From Planctomycetota bacterium (GTDB taxonomy: Bacteria; Planctomycetota; UBA1135; UBA2386): 64,000 bases of DNA. The position numbers and the translations under genes were made by a program. Position 1 is the stretch's first letter; every line of letters begins with the position of its first letter. Below, piece by piece: positions 48,504-57,009 of this stretch. Below the pieces are notes generated by a model. It was not told the origin of the DNA. It saw only the letters and a list, made by a program, of their open reading frames with translations, and searched no databases. The stretch lies in the NCBI GenBank assembly GCA_965228735.1, contig OZ245838.1, forward strand, positions 3,488,001 to 3,552,000, read 5' to 3'.

Positions 48504-48532
48504 GTATCGCGTTTTCGAACGGGCTGCTTTAG
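48504..48532 (-). promoter_or_regulatory. sigma28-like promoter CTAAAG-N15-CGCGATAC
   Basis: Resembles the FliA/WhiG consensus; same geometry as the site at 50162-50190. Confidence 0.45.
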
Positions 48533-48701
48533 GTCCCCGAACCCGTGCCGGCAGACGCAATGCAGAACGGGCGGTGACATCGCATCGAGCGAATTCGATT
48601 CGTTCGGGCCGACTCAACCCCCGGACATGTAGGGCTCTACGAACTGCCGGATCAAGAGAGTCGAAGCCGACGCCGCAACGCACTCCCGTACGGGAGACTA
48701 C

Positions 48702-49961
48702 CTACGGAGCACCTGACCGTTCGCAAACGGCGCCAGACAGGACTGGCGACGGGGACTGCTCCGCCTTGCCGAGCACGAACTTGAAATGACTGCCCTTGCC
48801 AGGTTCCGACTCGACCCACATACGACCCCCGTGCCGCTCCACTGCTTTGCGCGCGATCGAGAGTCCCATCCCCGTGCCTTCGAACTCCTGAGGCGGATTC
48901 AGTCGTCGGAACGGCTGGAACACCTCGACCAACGCGTCGGGTTCGATGCCGATGCCGTTGTCCCGTACGCCAAAGACGGTCTCACCCTCTTCCTGGCTGC
49001 ACGTCACCTGAATCTCGGGCACTGACTCGCGGACGAACTTGAGCGCGTTGCCGATGAGGTTCTGGAATATCTGTCCGACCAGGATTCGGTCGACTCTCGT
49101 GACCGGCAAGGTGTCGACCCGAACCTCGGCTCGGGCCTCGTCGATGGCCACGGAGAGCGCGTCGATGGCATCGCCGACGCACTGCGCGACGTCGATGGCC
49201 TCCAGGTCAAGCTGCGTCGTGCCAGTTCGGGACACGCGCAGCAGCTCGCGGATGAGATCGCGCATGTTGGTCGCCGACTGAGCGATGAAGGCGACATCGT
49301 CTTCCGCCGCAGCCGGGAGGTCGTGCCCGATGTCCTCGCGCAGAAGATCGACGAACGAGAGTATCCTGCGCAGGGGAGCTTGCAGGTCATGCGCTGCGAT
49401 GTGGGCGAAGTCCTCGAGTTCGCGGTTCGATGCGGCGAGTCGATTCGCCGTGTCGCGCTGCTCGAGGCCGACTCGGCGAAGCTCCAGCTGACTGACGACC
49501 TGGCGGGCCAAGGCGCGCAATGCGTCGGTCTGATTCGGCGTCAACTGCCGGGGGGCATTGTCGATCACGCAGAGCGTGCCGAGTGGCATTCCGCTGGGCT
49601 CGACCAGCGGCGCGCCGGCATAGAAGACCACGTCGGGTGGGCCGGCAACGAGGGGGTTGTCGCAGAATCGCTCGTCCTGCCGAGCGTCCTCGACGACGAA
49701 CACGTCGCCCGGGGCGAGGATCGCATGCGAGCAGAAGGCCATGTCCCGCGGCGTCTCGGTCGCCTCGAGCCCGACGCGCGACTTGAACCACTGCCGCGTC
49801 GAGTCGACGAGGCTGACGAGTGCGATCGGAGTCCCGCAGATCTCGGACGCCAGCTTGCTGAGGTCGTCGAACAGCTGGTCAGGATCGGTGTCCAGGATGC
49901 AGTACGAGTTCAGCCGCTCGAGTCGCTCCGCCTCGTTCGGATGAAGAGGCGCCACGATCAT
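48702..49961 (-). CDS. GAF-domain sensor histidine kinase
   Basis: NEAERL..L..Y.ILDT, RQWFKS, FCSHAI, FYAGAPL, GTLCVID, AHDLQAPL, HATPase. Confidence 0.93.
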   Translation of the reverse strand: MIVAPLHPNEAERLERLNSYCILDTDPDQLFDDLSKLASEICGTPIALVSLVDSTRQWFKSRVGLEATETPRDMAFCSHAILAPGDVFVVEDARQDERFCDNPLVAGPPDVVFYAGAPLVEPSGMPLGTLCVIDNAPRQLTPNQTDALRALARQVVSQLELRRVGLEQRDTANRLAASNRELEDFAHIAAHDLQAPLRRILSFVDLLREDIGHDLPAAAEDDVAFIAQSATNMRDLIRELLRVSRTGTTQLDLEAIDVAQCVGDAIDALSVAIDEARAEVRVDTLPVTRVDRILVGQIFQNLIGNALKFVRESVPEIQVTCSQEEGETVFGVRDNGIGIEPDALVEVFQPFRRLNPPQEFEGTGMGLSIARKAVERHGGRMWVESEPGKGSHFKFVLGKAEQSPSPVLSGAVCERSGAP

Positions 49962-50140
49962 CGCGGAACCCCCGGACCGTTGGGCGTGCCGGCCAACCCG
50001 AACCGAAAGTCGGAAAGCGCTCGAATGTGCCCGATCCGGCACAGGAGACTCGCAGGTTTCGTGACGAACGAGTTCGCGCCGGCGGCGTTCTTGGCGGCGT
50101 TGCGGGCGGATATTGCCCGCGCAACGGGGGTAGCGGTCAT
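49958..50140 (-). pseudogene. Internally deleted Rcp1-like response regulator
   Basis: 60-aa ORF with RBS and ATG, containing only AGANSFVTKP...IRALSDFRFG (receiver C-terminus); ATGA-coupled to the GAF kinase. Confidence 0.55.
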
Positions 50141-50161
50141 TCGGGCGTCCTCTCGGACTGG

Positions 50162-50190
50162 CTATCGTCGGTGCAGAAGCGCTTCTTGAG
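50162..50190 (-). promoter_or_regulatory. sigma28-like promoter CTCAAG-N15-GACGATAG
   Basis: Resembles the FliA/WhiG consensus, about 20 nt upstream of ATG 50140. Confidence 0.45.
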
Positions 50191-50424
50191 CCCATAGCAG
50201 GCGGATGTTCGGCCGCGTGGCGCGCCAAAGTGGCTGACGCCTCGAGCGGGGCCGGCCCGACCAGGAGGCAGATTCGTCCAAGCATCCGGAACGTGCGACT
50301 CGGCCAGGTTGCGGGGGACCTCCTGGTTCGGCGCGCGCGCTGGACGTCGGAACGCATCGCCGCGGAAGCTGATCATCGGTGACCCCGCGGATGAGGAACC
50401 GGGCTGAGCGCGGGCCCGGACCGC

Positions 50425-53400
50425 TCACTCCCGCCCCGAATCGCCACTCTCGCGGAGCGCCTCGAGCTCGGCACGGAACTCGGCGATTCTCTTCTCCCGC
50501 GCCGGGTCAGGGGCTTCCGCCTGCCACCGTGAGAGACACTCGATGACGTTGCCGAGCGCTCCCGCCGTCATGTTGCGCCGCCGCGCGTGTTCGAGATAGG
50601 CCAGCAGGTGGGGCTCCGCCTCGGCGTGCCGCTTCAGCGTCGAGTACGAGAACCCGAGCACGCGGTTGCCGGTCAGGTGCAGCGGCGAATCGGGGGCGAC
50701 CTCCGTCAGGATCGCGAGGCCCGCGCCGGCTTCGGCGAGGGCCTCGTCCGGACGATCGAGGCGGCGCAGCAACGCGCCGAGGCGGATCCTCGCCTCGGCG
50801 ACGCTGCGGTGACGGGGGCCGTGCAGCGCAGCGAGCTGCGCGATGGCCTCGCGCATGAACGGCTCCGCTGCGATCTTGGAGTCGGCCGCCATGTGGTGGT
50901 AGGCGAGGTTGAGGAGCGTCTGAACGATCGTGAAGTGCGGCTCGTCGAAGGCCGCGCGCCGCACGCGCAGCGCTTCGAGGTACAGCTGCTCGGCTTCCTC
51001 TCGGCGTCCCCCCGCCGCGACGACGACGGCGAGGTTGTTGAGTGTCGTCGCGACGTCGGGGTGGTCGGGGCCCAGATCGACCGTCAGGATCCGGAGTGCT
51101 TCGCGGTGATCGGCCTCCGCCTCTTCGAGCCGGCGAAGGTGCTGGAGCGTGCTGCCGCGGTTGCCGTAGGCCTTGCCGAGCACCTGGTGGGTCGGGCCGT
51201 ACACCCTCTGACACATCTCGATCGCTTCGTTGTCGAGTTCGAGGGCGTCCTCCAGTCGGCCCTGCGCGCGCAGCCGCGCCCCGAGGTTGATCAGCGTCTC
51301 GGCGACGTGGGGATGCGCTTCGTGGGACTCACGGAACCGGTCCAGGGATTCACGCAGGAGCACCTCGGCCTCCGCGTGCCGCCCGAGCTCGCCGAGCCCC
51401 TGCGCGAGCCGACTGCGCGCGAGCACGACCGACGGATGGTTCGGCGGCAGGTGCGCGCGCTCGGCTTCGAGTGCTTCCTGGCGTTTGGCCAGCGATTCCT
51501 CGTGCCGGTTCTGGCGTCGGTAGGCCTCGGCGAGCGTGTCTAGCGCGCCCGCTCGAAACTCGTCCGAGCCGAGCTCGAGCGCCGCTTTCGCCAGATCCTC
51601 GGCCTCTTCGAACCGGCCCGTCGTGCAGTACAGCGTGGCGCGCCCCAGGAGCACCCGCGCGAGCTGTTCGTCCCGGCCTTCGCCATCGCGCTCGAGCTGC
51701 TCGGCGCGCGCGAGCGCCGCCTCGGCCCGATCGTAGTCGCCGCTCTCGCGCCGCGCGGTGGCGAGTCGGGTCAAGGCATCGACAAGCTTGCCGGTATCGC
51801 CGCCGGCAACACTGGCGGCCTCACGCAGCTCGACGACCCGCGCGAGGTGCTCCGCGGCGCGATCGAAGACGCCGAGGGCCAGGTACGCGCGGCCGAGTGT
51901 CGAGCGGACCTCCACCTCGATCTCGGGCTGGTTCTGCAGCCGTTCACCGAGCCCCGCGTGGTAGTCGTCGAGCACCTGCCGCAGCGTGTAGCTGGCATCC
52001 GACCCGTACGGGTTCGCCGAGGACAGCATGTCCTGCGTGAACTCGAGGATCGTCGTCGCGCGCTGGGCGTCGTCGCGGGCCGCGGCCTCGGCGTCGAGGG
52101 CGCGCCGCAACATCACCGACGTGCCGATCACGCCGATCACGAGCGCGACCACGACCGCGCCGACCGCCGCGACCAGGCCGCGGTTGCGGCGGACGAACTT
52201 CGTGAGGCGGTAGCGCGCGCTCGGCGGGCACGCTTCCACCGGCAGCTGCTCGAGATGCCGACGCAAGTCGTCGGCGAGCGCCACTGGGGTCGAGTAGCGC
52301 CGGTTGCGGTCCTTCTCGAGCGCGCGCATGACGATCCAGTCGAGGTCGCCCTGCAATGCGTTGCCGAGGGCCTCGGGCGGGACCCCGCGCCGCTTCGCAA
52401 CGCGCTCGAGCGCGGCGCCCAGAGCGCGAATCCGCGTGCTCGGCTTCGGCGGCTCGACCTCACGGATGAACTGCATGAGCTCGGCATAGCCGATCTGCCG
52501 CAGCGTCTCGCTGTCGAACGGCCGCGCGCCCGTGAGCAGCTCGTAGAGCGTGACGCCGAGGCTGTACACGTCGACCCGGGTGTCGACGTCGAGCATGGAC
52601 TGCGAGGCCTGCTCGGGCGCCATGTAGTCGGGCGTGCCGACGATCTGACGAAACTCGGTGAAGAGCGTCCGCTGCGTGAGCTCCTGGCGCGTGGCCTTTG
52701 CGATGCCGAAGTCGATGATCTTCGGCACGGCCACGCCGTCCTGCATCGCCACGAGGATGTTGCTCGGCTTCAGGTCGCGGTGGATCACGCCCTTCATGTG
52801 CGCGTGCTGCACGGCGTGACAGACCTTGCAGAACAGCTCGATGCGGGCCTCGGTCGACAGGCTCTCGGCGTCGCAGAAGTCGACGATCGGAATCCCGCGC
52901 ACGAGCTCCATGACGAAGAACGGGCGGCCGCTCTGCGTCGCGCCGCCGTCATGGACCTTCGCGATGTGCGGATGATCCATCAGCGCCAGCGCCTGCCGCT
53001 CGGCTTCGAACCGCGCGACGACCTGCCGCGTGTCCATGCCGAGCTTGATGATCTTGAGCGCGACCTTGCGCCGGACGGGCTCGCTCTGCTCCGCGAGCCA
53101 GACGACGCCGAAGCCGCCCTCGCCGAGTTTCTCGAGCAGCTTGTAGCGCCCGATCTCGTTGCCCGGCACCTCGTGACCCGGCGCCTCGCTGTCCGGTTCG
53201 CGCTCGGCAAGGAAGGCGCCGGCCGCCGCGAACGAGTGCAGCAACGCTTCGACCTCGTACTTCAGCGCGTCGTCGTCGCCACATTCGCGGGCGACGAACG
53301 CGTCGCGCTCGCCCGGCGGCAGGTCGAGTGCCGCACCGAAGATCTCCTGCACACGGCGGTTTCGATCCTGAGGCTGCGACTCGGGTGAATTCGCGCTCAT
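50425..53400 (-). CDS. Ser/Thr protein kinase with TM and C-terminal TPR repeats
   Basis: GEGGFG.V, VALKIIK, HRDLKPSN, DFG, GTPDYMAPEQ, TM helix, kinesin-light-chain-type TPRs (GPDHPDVA..LNNLA). Confidence 0.95.
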   Translation of the reverse strand: MSANSPESQPQDRNRRVQEIFGAALDLPPGERDAFVARECGDDDALKYEVEALLHSFAAAGAFLAEREPDSEAPGHEVPGNEIGRYKLLEKLGEGGFGVVWLAEQSEPVRRKVALKIIKLGMDTRQVVARFEAERQALALMDHPHIAKVHDGGATQSGRPFFVMELVRGIPIVDFCDAESLSTEARIELFCKVCHAVQHAHMKGVIHRDLKPSNILVAMQDGVAVPKIIDFGIAKATRQELTQRTLFTEFRQIVGTPDYMAPEQASQSMLDVDTRVDVYSLGVTLYELLTGARPFDSETLRQIGYAELMQFIREVEPPKPSTRIRALGAALERVAKRRGVPPEALGNALQGDLDWIVMRALEKDRNRRYSTPVALADDLRRHLEQLPVEACPPSARYRLTKFVRRNRGLVAAVGAVVVALVIGVIGTSVMLRRALDAEAAARDDAQRATTILEFTQDMLSSANPYGSDASYTLRQVLDDYHAGLGERLQNQPEIEVEVRSTLGRAYLALGVFDRAAEHLARVVELREAASVAGGDTGKLVDALTRLATARRESGDYDRAEAALARAEQLERDGEGRDEQLARVLLGRATLYCTTGRFEEAEDLAKAALELGSDEFRAGALDTLAEAYRRQNRHEESLAKRQEALEAERAHLPPNHPSVVLARSRLAQGLGELGRHAEAEVLLRESLDRFRESHEAHPHVAETLINLGARLRAQGRLEDALELDNEAIEMCQRVYGPTHQVLGKAYGNRGSTLQHLRRLEEAEADHREALRILTVDLGPDHPDVATTLNNLAVVVAAGGRREEAEQLYLEALRVRRAAFDEPHFTIVQTLLNLAYHHMAADSKIAAEPFMREAIAQLAALHGPRHRSVAEARIRLGALLRRLDRPDEALAEAGAGLAILTEVAPDSPLHLTGNRVLGFSYSTLKRHAEAEPHLLAYLEHARRRNMTAGALGNVIECLSRWQAEAPDPAREKRIAEFRAELEALRESGDSGRE

Positions 53401-53513
53401 CGCGCCCGAACTCTACCACCGAGGTGAGGGTACGGAAAAAGGTACGCGATCCTCGACGCCGGGGAGCTCGTACATCCCGACGCAGTTCTGGCCGCGACCG
53501 GGCTTGCCTGATC

Positions 53514-54908
53514 TCAATCGCCGAGGCGGAGGAGGCCGACTACCGAAAGCGCGAAGCCGAGTGGCGATGTCGCTTCGATCGCGGCCGCTTGCACCGAGAG
53601 CGTCAAGCCGCGCAACGGTTCGTAGAACGGGACCTCGAGCTCGACTCCGAAACCGTGAAACGCTGGGTCCGAGACGCCGAGCCAGACGGCCTCTGGCGTG
53701 ACCGCGATCTGGCAAGGCTGTGGCGCGGCTACCTCACCCAGCTGCAAGCCGATCGCAGTCAAGGTGCCCGGCGTATGCGTGAATGCCGACAGCTGCCCCG
53801 TATTGCCGAGGATGACCCGCGGCAGGAACAGGTTCGGTCCGTTGATCGTCGTCCAGGCACCCGGCCCACAGCCCGAACCGATCGTCTCCCAGAAGGCCTC
53901 GTTGGCCGGAGCCAGACGCCACGTGTCGCCGAGCGCGTTGCCTTGCGCGTCGCGGCCACCGAACACCACGGCCGTCATGGACGTATCCAACGTGAGCCGG
54001 ATGTACTCGTCGACGACGGCGGCGTCTTCGCGGGCCGGGATCGATCCGGAGATCGGCTGCGCAAACCAGGTACCGTCGATGCCGCGTTCGTAGATCGCCG
54101 TCTGCAGCGTGCCGCTCGCGTCACGCCCGCCGACGAATACGTGGCGGTTGCGTTCGAAGCCGAGTCGAACCGCAGCAGTGTCGGTGGCCGCGAACGGCAT
54201 GGTCGGCAGCTGCTGCCAATCGGTGCCATCGAACAGCCATGCATCGTCGAACACCTGCGTATCGTCGTTGCCGCCGAATAGCAGCCAGTGGTCGAAATGC
54301 GGCAGCAGCTGGTGGCCCGCGCGCGCCGGCGGCGACTGGGTGGAGATCACCTGTTGCCAGTCGGTGCCGTCGAACCTCCACGTCTCGTTGCTGACGCCGG
54401 TGTCGGTTCGGCCGCCGAACAGCAGTACGGTCGTCGCGGTCTGACTATCGAAGGCGAGGGCGTGGCCATCACGCGGTGACGGCGCGTGCGCAGGGGTCAG
54501 TTGTATCCAACTGCTGGTGAACGGCTGCCCCAGCGGCACGTTCATCCAGTTGGTGGCGAACATCCACGTCTCGGCATTACGCACTCCGTTGGCGTCGGCA
54601 CCGCCGAACATCAGGGTGTCGTAGATCGCCATGTCCATGGCGTGCCCGTGCCGCGCCGACGGGGCCTGTGCGGTCGGCATCGGCTGCCAGCCCATGCCTT
54701 GGTAGAAGACCCAGGTGTCGGCGAATGCCTGGTTGGCGTCGCGGCCACCGAAGGTGATGCCCCAGCGGGTCATGTCGTGGCCGTAACGCGGTGCCGGCGC
54801 CTGCGAGGTCGAGACCTGCTGCCAGGTCAGCTGCGCGAGGAGACGCTGGGTAGGCAAGGCGACGCTGCAAGCGGCGAGCGCGACACGGAGGCTGGCTGCG
54901 AGGTGCAT
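53514..54908 (-). CDS. Secreted kelch-repeat protein with lineage-type C-terminal domain
   Basis: Signal peptide; repeats P.PR.GH....LFGG......DTW.FDG..W. Confidence 0.85.
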   Translation of the reverse strand: MHLAASLRVALAACSVALPTQRLLAQLTWQQVSTSQAPAPRYGHDMTRWGITFGGRDANQAFADTWVFYQGMGWQPMPTAQAPSARHGHAMDMAIYDTLMFGGADANGVRNAETWMFATNWMNVPLGQPFTSSWIQLTPAHAPSPRDGHALAFDSQTATTVLLFGGRTDTGVSNETWRFDGTDWQQVISTQSPPARAGHQLLPHFDHWLLFGGNDDTQVFDDAWLFDGTDWQQLPTMPFAATDTAAVRLGFERNRHVFVGGRDASGTLQTAIYERGIDGTWFAQPISGSIPAREDAAVVDEYIRLTLDTSMTAVVFGGRDAQGNALGDTWRLAPANEAFWETIGSGCGPGAWTTINGPNLFLPRVILGNTGQLSAFTHTPGTLTAIGLQLGEVAAPQPCQIAVTPEAVWLGVSDPAFHGFGVELEVPFYEPLRGLTLSVQAAAIEATSPLGFALSVVGLLRLGD

Positions 54909-55051
54909 GGATCTCCCGAGTGGGGCAGTTGGCTGAGGGGGCTCTAGCCCCCGGGGTCGGGCAAGGTAACCGCAAACGAGCGGGGCGTATGACTGTCCCG
55001 CCTTCCTGGGGTGCCACGCGGCGTGAGGGCACTGACCAAGGTACTCGATCG

Positions 55052-56188
55052 TCAGCTCGCCGCCCACGCCCCTACCGTCTCTTCGCCGATCGCGAGCGAG
55101 CGGGTCATGCCCGAACCACCGACGCCCGTGACGATCTCGACTCCCGGCTCCGGCACCGCGCGGAAGATCGGCGCGCCGGCCCCGGCCTTGGCGTAGCTGC
55201 CGCTCCACCGCTCGGCGATTCGACGGTCCGCGGGTCGAAAGAACGTCTCGAGGAAGTCGAGGATCAGCTTGTCCGTCGTCGCGCTGAGGCCCGGCCCGAA
55301 CTCGGTGCCATACTCGTGCGAGTCGCCGACGATGAGGCAGCCGTCGTCTCGTTGGGAGCACATGACGTGAATGCCACGTTCGATCTCCGGTGCGCGCTCG
55401 CGGGCGAGTCGCGCCTGCAGTGCCGGCAGGCCGGAGCACGCGGCGAACGCCGGGTAGTGCAGCAACGTAAGACCGCCGGCCACCATCGGGCCGAGCGGCG
55501 CGTCGTCCGGTTGCGGTCCGAGCGCGAGCATCTGCAGCTTGCAACGCACGAGGTTGCTCGCCGCGAAGACCTCGGGAAACAACGTGAGGAAGTCGTCGCC
55601 CGTGCACACGACGATTCGATCGGCTTCGAGCTCGTCGCCGCTCGCGAGGCGCACGATGCGATCGCGGACTCCGACGACGGGCGCACCGACCCTCCGGTCC
55701 ACGCCCTGGTCAGCGCACCAGCGGTGCAACGCATCGACTGCCGCGCGCGGATCGACGTTGGCCTCGCTCGGACTGAACAACGCACCCCGCAGTCCGCGCT
55801 CGACGAGTCGCGGCTGCAGTTCGTGGGCGTCCTTCGTGCTCAGCAACTGGAGCCCCGGCAATGTCGAGTCCGCCGCGAACTCCTGCAGCACCCGCCACTC
55901 GTCGTCGGCCATCGCTACGTGCAACGAACCGACCGCCGCACATCGGAACCCGGCGAGCTCCGCGAGTTCGAGCCAGAGCTCGCGGCTGCGGAGCGCCTGC
56001 GTCCGGAGCGCACCGGCCGGCTGCCCGATCGGCCAGATCATCCCGAAGTTGCGCACCGAAGCCCGGCGCGCGAACGCGTCCCGCTCGCACATCGCGACCC
56101 GCAGGCCGGCGCGCAACCCGGCGATCGCGTGCCCGAGCCCGAGCACGCCGCCGCCCACCACCACGAGGTCGAACCCGGCGCGGGTCAT
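55052..56188 (-). CDS. FAD-dependent oxidoreductase, TIGR03364-like (phosphonate catabolism associated)
   Basis: GGGVLGL.HA, ASVRNFGM.WP.GQ, CKLQML, GLTL.HY, IVGDSHEY, GG.GMT. Confidence 0.85.
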   Translation of the reverse strand: MTRAGFDLVVVGGGVLGLGHAIAGLRAGLRVAMCERDAFARRASVRNFGMIWPIGQPAGALRTQALRSRELWLELAELAGFRCAAVGSLHVAMADDEWRVLQEFAADSTLPGLQLLSTKDAHELQPRLVERGLRGALFSPSEANVDPRAAVDALHRWCADQGVDRRVGAPVVGVRDRIVRLASGDELEADRIVVCTGDDFLTLFPEVFAASNLVRCKLQMLALGPQPDDAPLGPMVAGGLTLLHYPAFAACSGLPALQARLARERAPEIERGIHVMCSQRDDGCLIVGDSHEYGTEFGPGLSATTDKLILDFLETFFRPADRRIAERWSGSYAKAGAGAPIFRAVPEPGVEIVTGVGGSGMTRSLAIGEETVGAWAAS

Positions 56189-56850
56189 GACGGCAGCACG
56201 ATCGCCGGCAACGTCGACAGGTCGGGCAGCAGATGCGTGTGCTCGTGCGCCGCGAGCTGCTCGAGGGTGTGGGTGCCGCAGCCGACCCCGACGACGAGTC
56301 GCAACCCGGCCGCGCAGCCGGCGGCCAGGTCCGCCGGAGTGTCACCCGCGACGCCGACGCGCTGCGGGTCGCTCACGTCGGAGAGCGCCATCGCGCGATG
56401 GATCAGGTCGGGCGCGGGCCGACCGGTCTCGACCTCGTCCGACGCCACGCTCGGCCACTTGTCGAAACCGACGGCCCGCAGAACGAGATCGGCAGTCGTC
56501 CGCGCGAAGCCGGTGTTGAACGCGATCTTCACGCCGGCCGACGCGAGCGCGAGCAGCATCTCGGGTGCACCGTGGGTCGGGCGCAGCGGACTCTCGGCAA
56601 CGACGTTGGCATACTCGTCGGCGAACCGGGCAGCCATCTCCGCTGCGGCCGCCGTGCTGCGGCCGAGTTCGGTCAATACGGACTCGAACACCCGCTGCTT
56701 GTGCCACCCCATGCGCGTGCGAATCGCGCCCTCGTCGACCGGCAGGTCGTAGAACCGCGCGGTCGCGACGAATGCCTTCAGCACCTGGTCGTCGTCGACG
56801 ACGACCGTGCCCGCGAGATCGAAGATGAACAGATCGACAGCCCGGTTCAT
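56185..56850 (-). CDS. PhnX-like HAD hydrolase (phosphonatase-like)
   Basis: FDLAGT, MG..K cap motif, NTGF, SDEV..GRPAP, GDT..D. Confidence 0.85.
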   Translation of the reverse strand: MNRAVDLFIFDLAGTVVVDDDQVLKAFVATARFYDLPVDEGAIRTRMGWHKQRVFESVLTELGRSTAAAAEMAARFADEYANVVAESPLRPTHGAPEMLLALASAGVKIAFNTGFARTTADLVLRAVGFDKWPSVASDEVETGRPAPDLIHRAMALSDVSDPQRVGVAGDTPADLAAGCAAGLRLVVGVGCGTHTLEQLAAHEHTHLLPDLSTLPAIVLPS

Positions 56851-57009
56851 GAATCGTCTTCCTCCACATGACGGCGATCGCGAAGCGCCGCACGCCGCGC
56901 GTCGAGATTCCAGCGACCGGGCGAGCATACGGCAACGGCGATCCTGCCGTCGCGATCCCGATGGGCGGTATTGGGGCCATGCGGAGTGAGCGCGTATCGT
57001 CGGCGGCCC

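Noticed and set aside
48702..50357. ORF-track 551-aa extended start for the GAF kinase (similar over-extensions at 8787, 24975, 29004, 30395, 31640, 35358, 39701, 55607, 62665)
   Set aside because: Extensions are low-complexity and run into neighbouring genes or intergenic DNA; downstream starts fit signal peptides, domain boundaries or promoter/RBS motifs.
42704..50424. Mobile element explaining the signalling island
   Set aside because: No transposase, integrase, terminal inverted repeats or target duplication visible; acquisition is only suggested by an unquantified codon impression.
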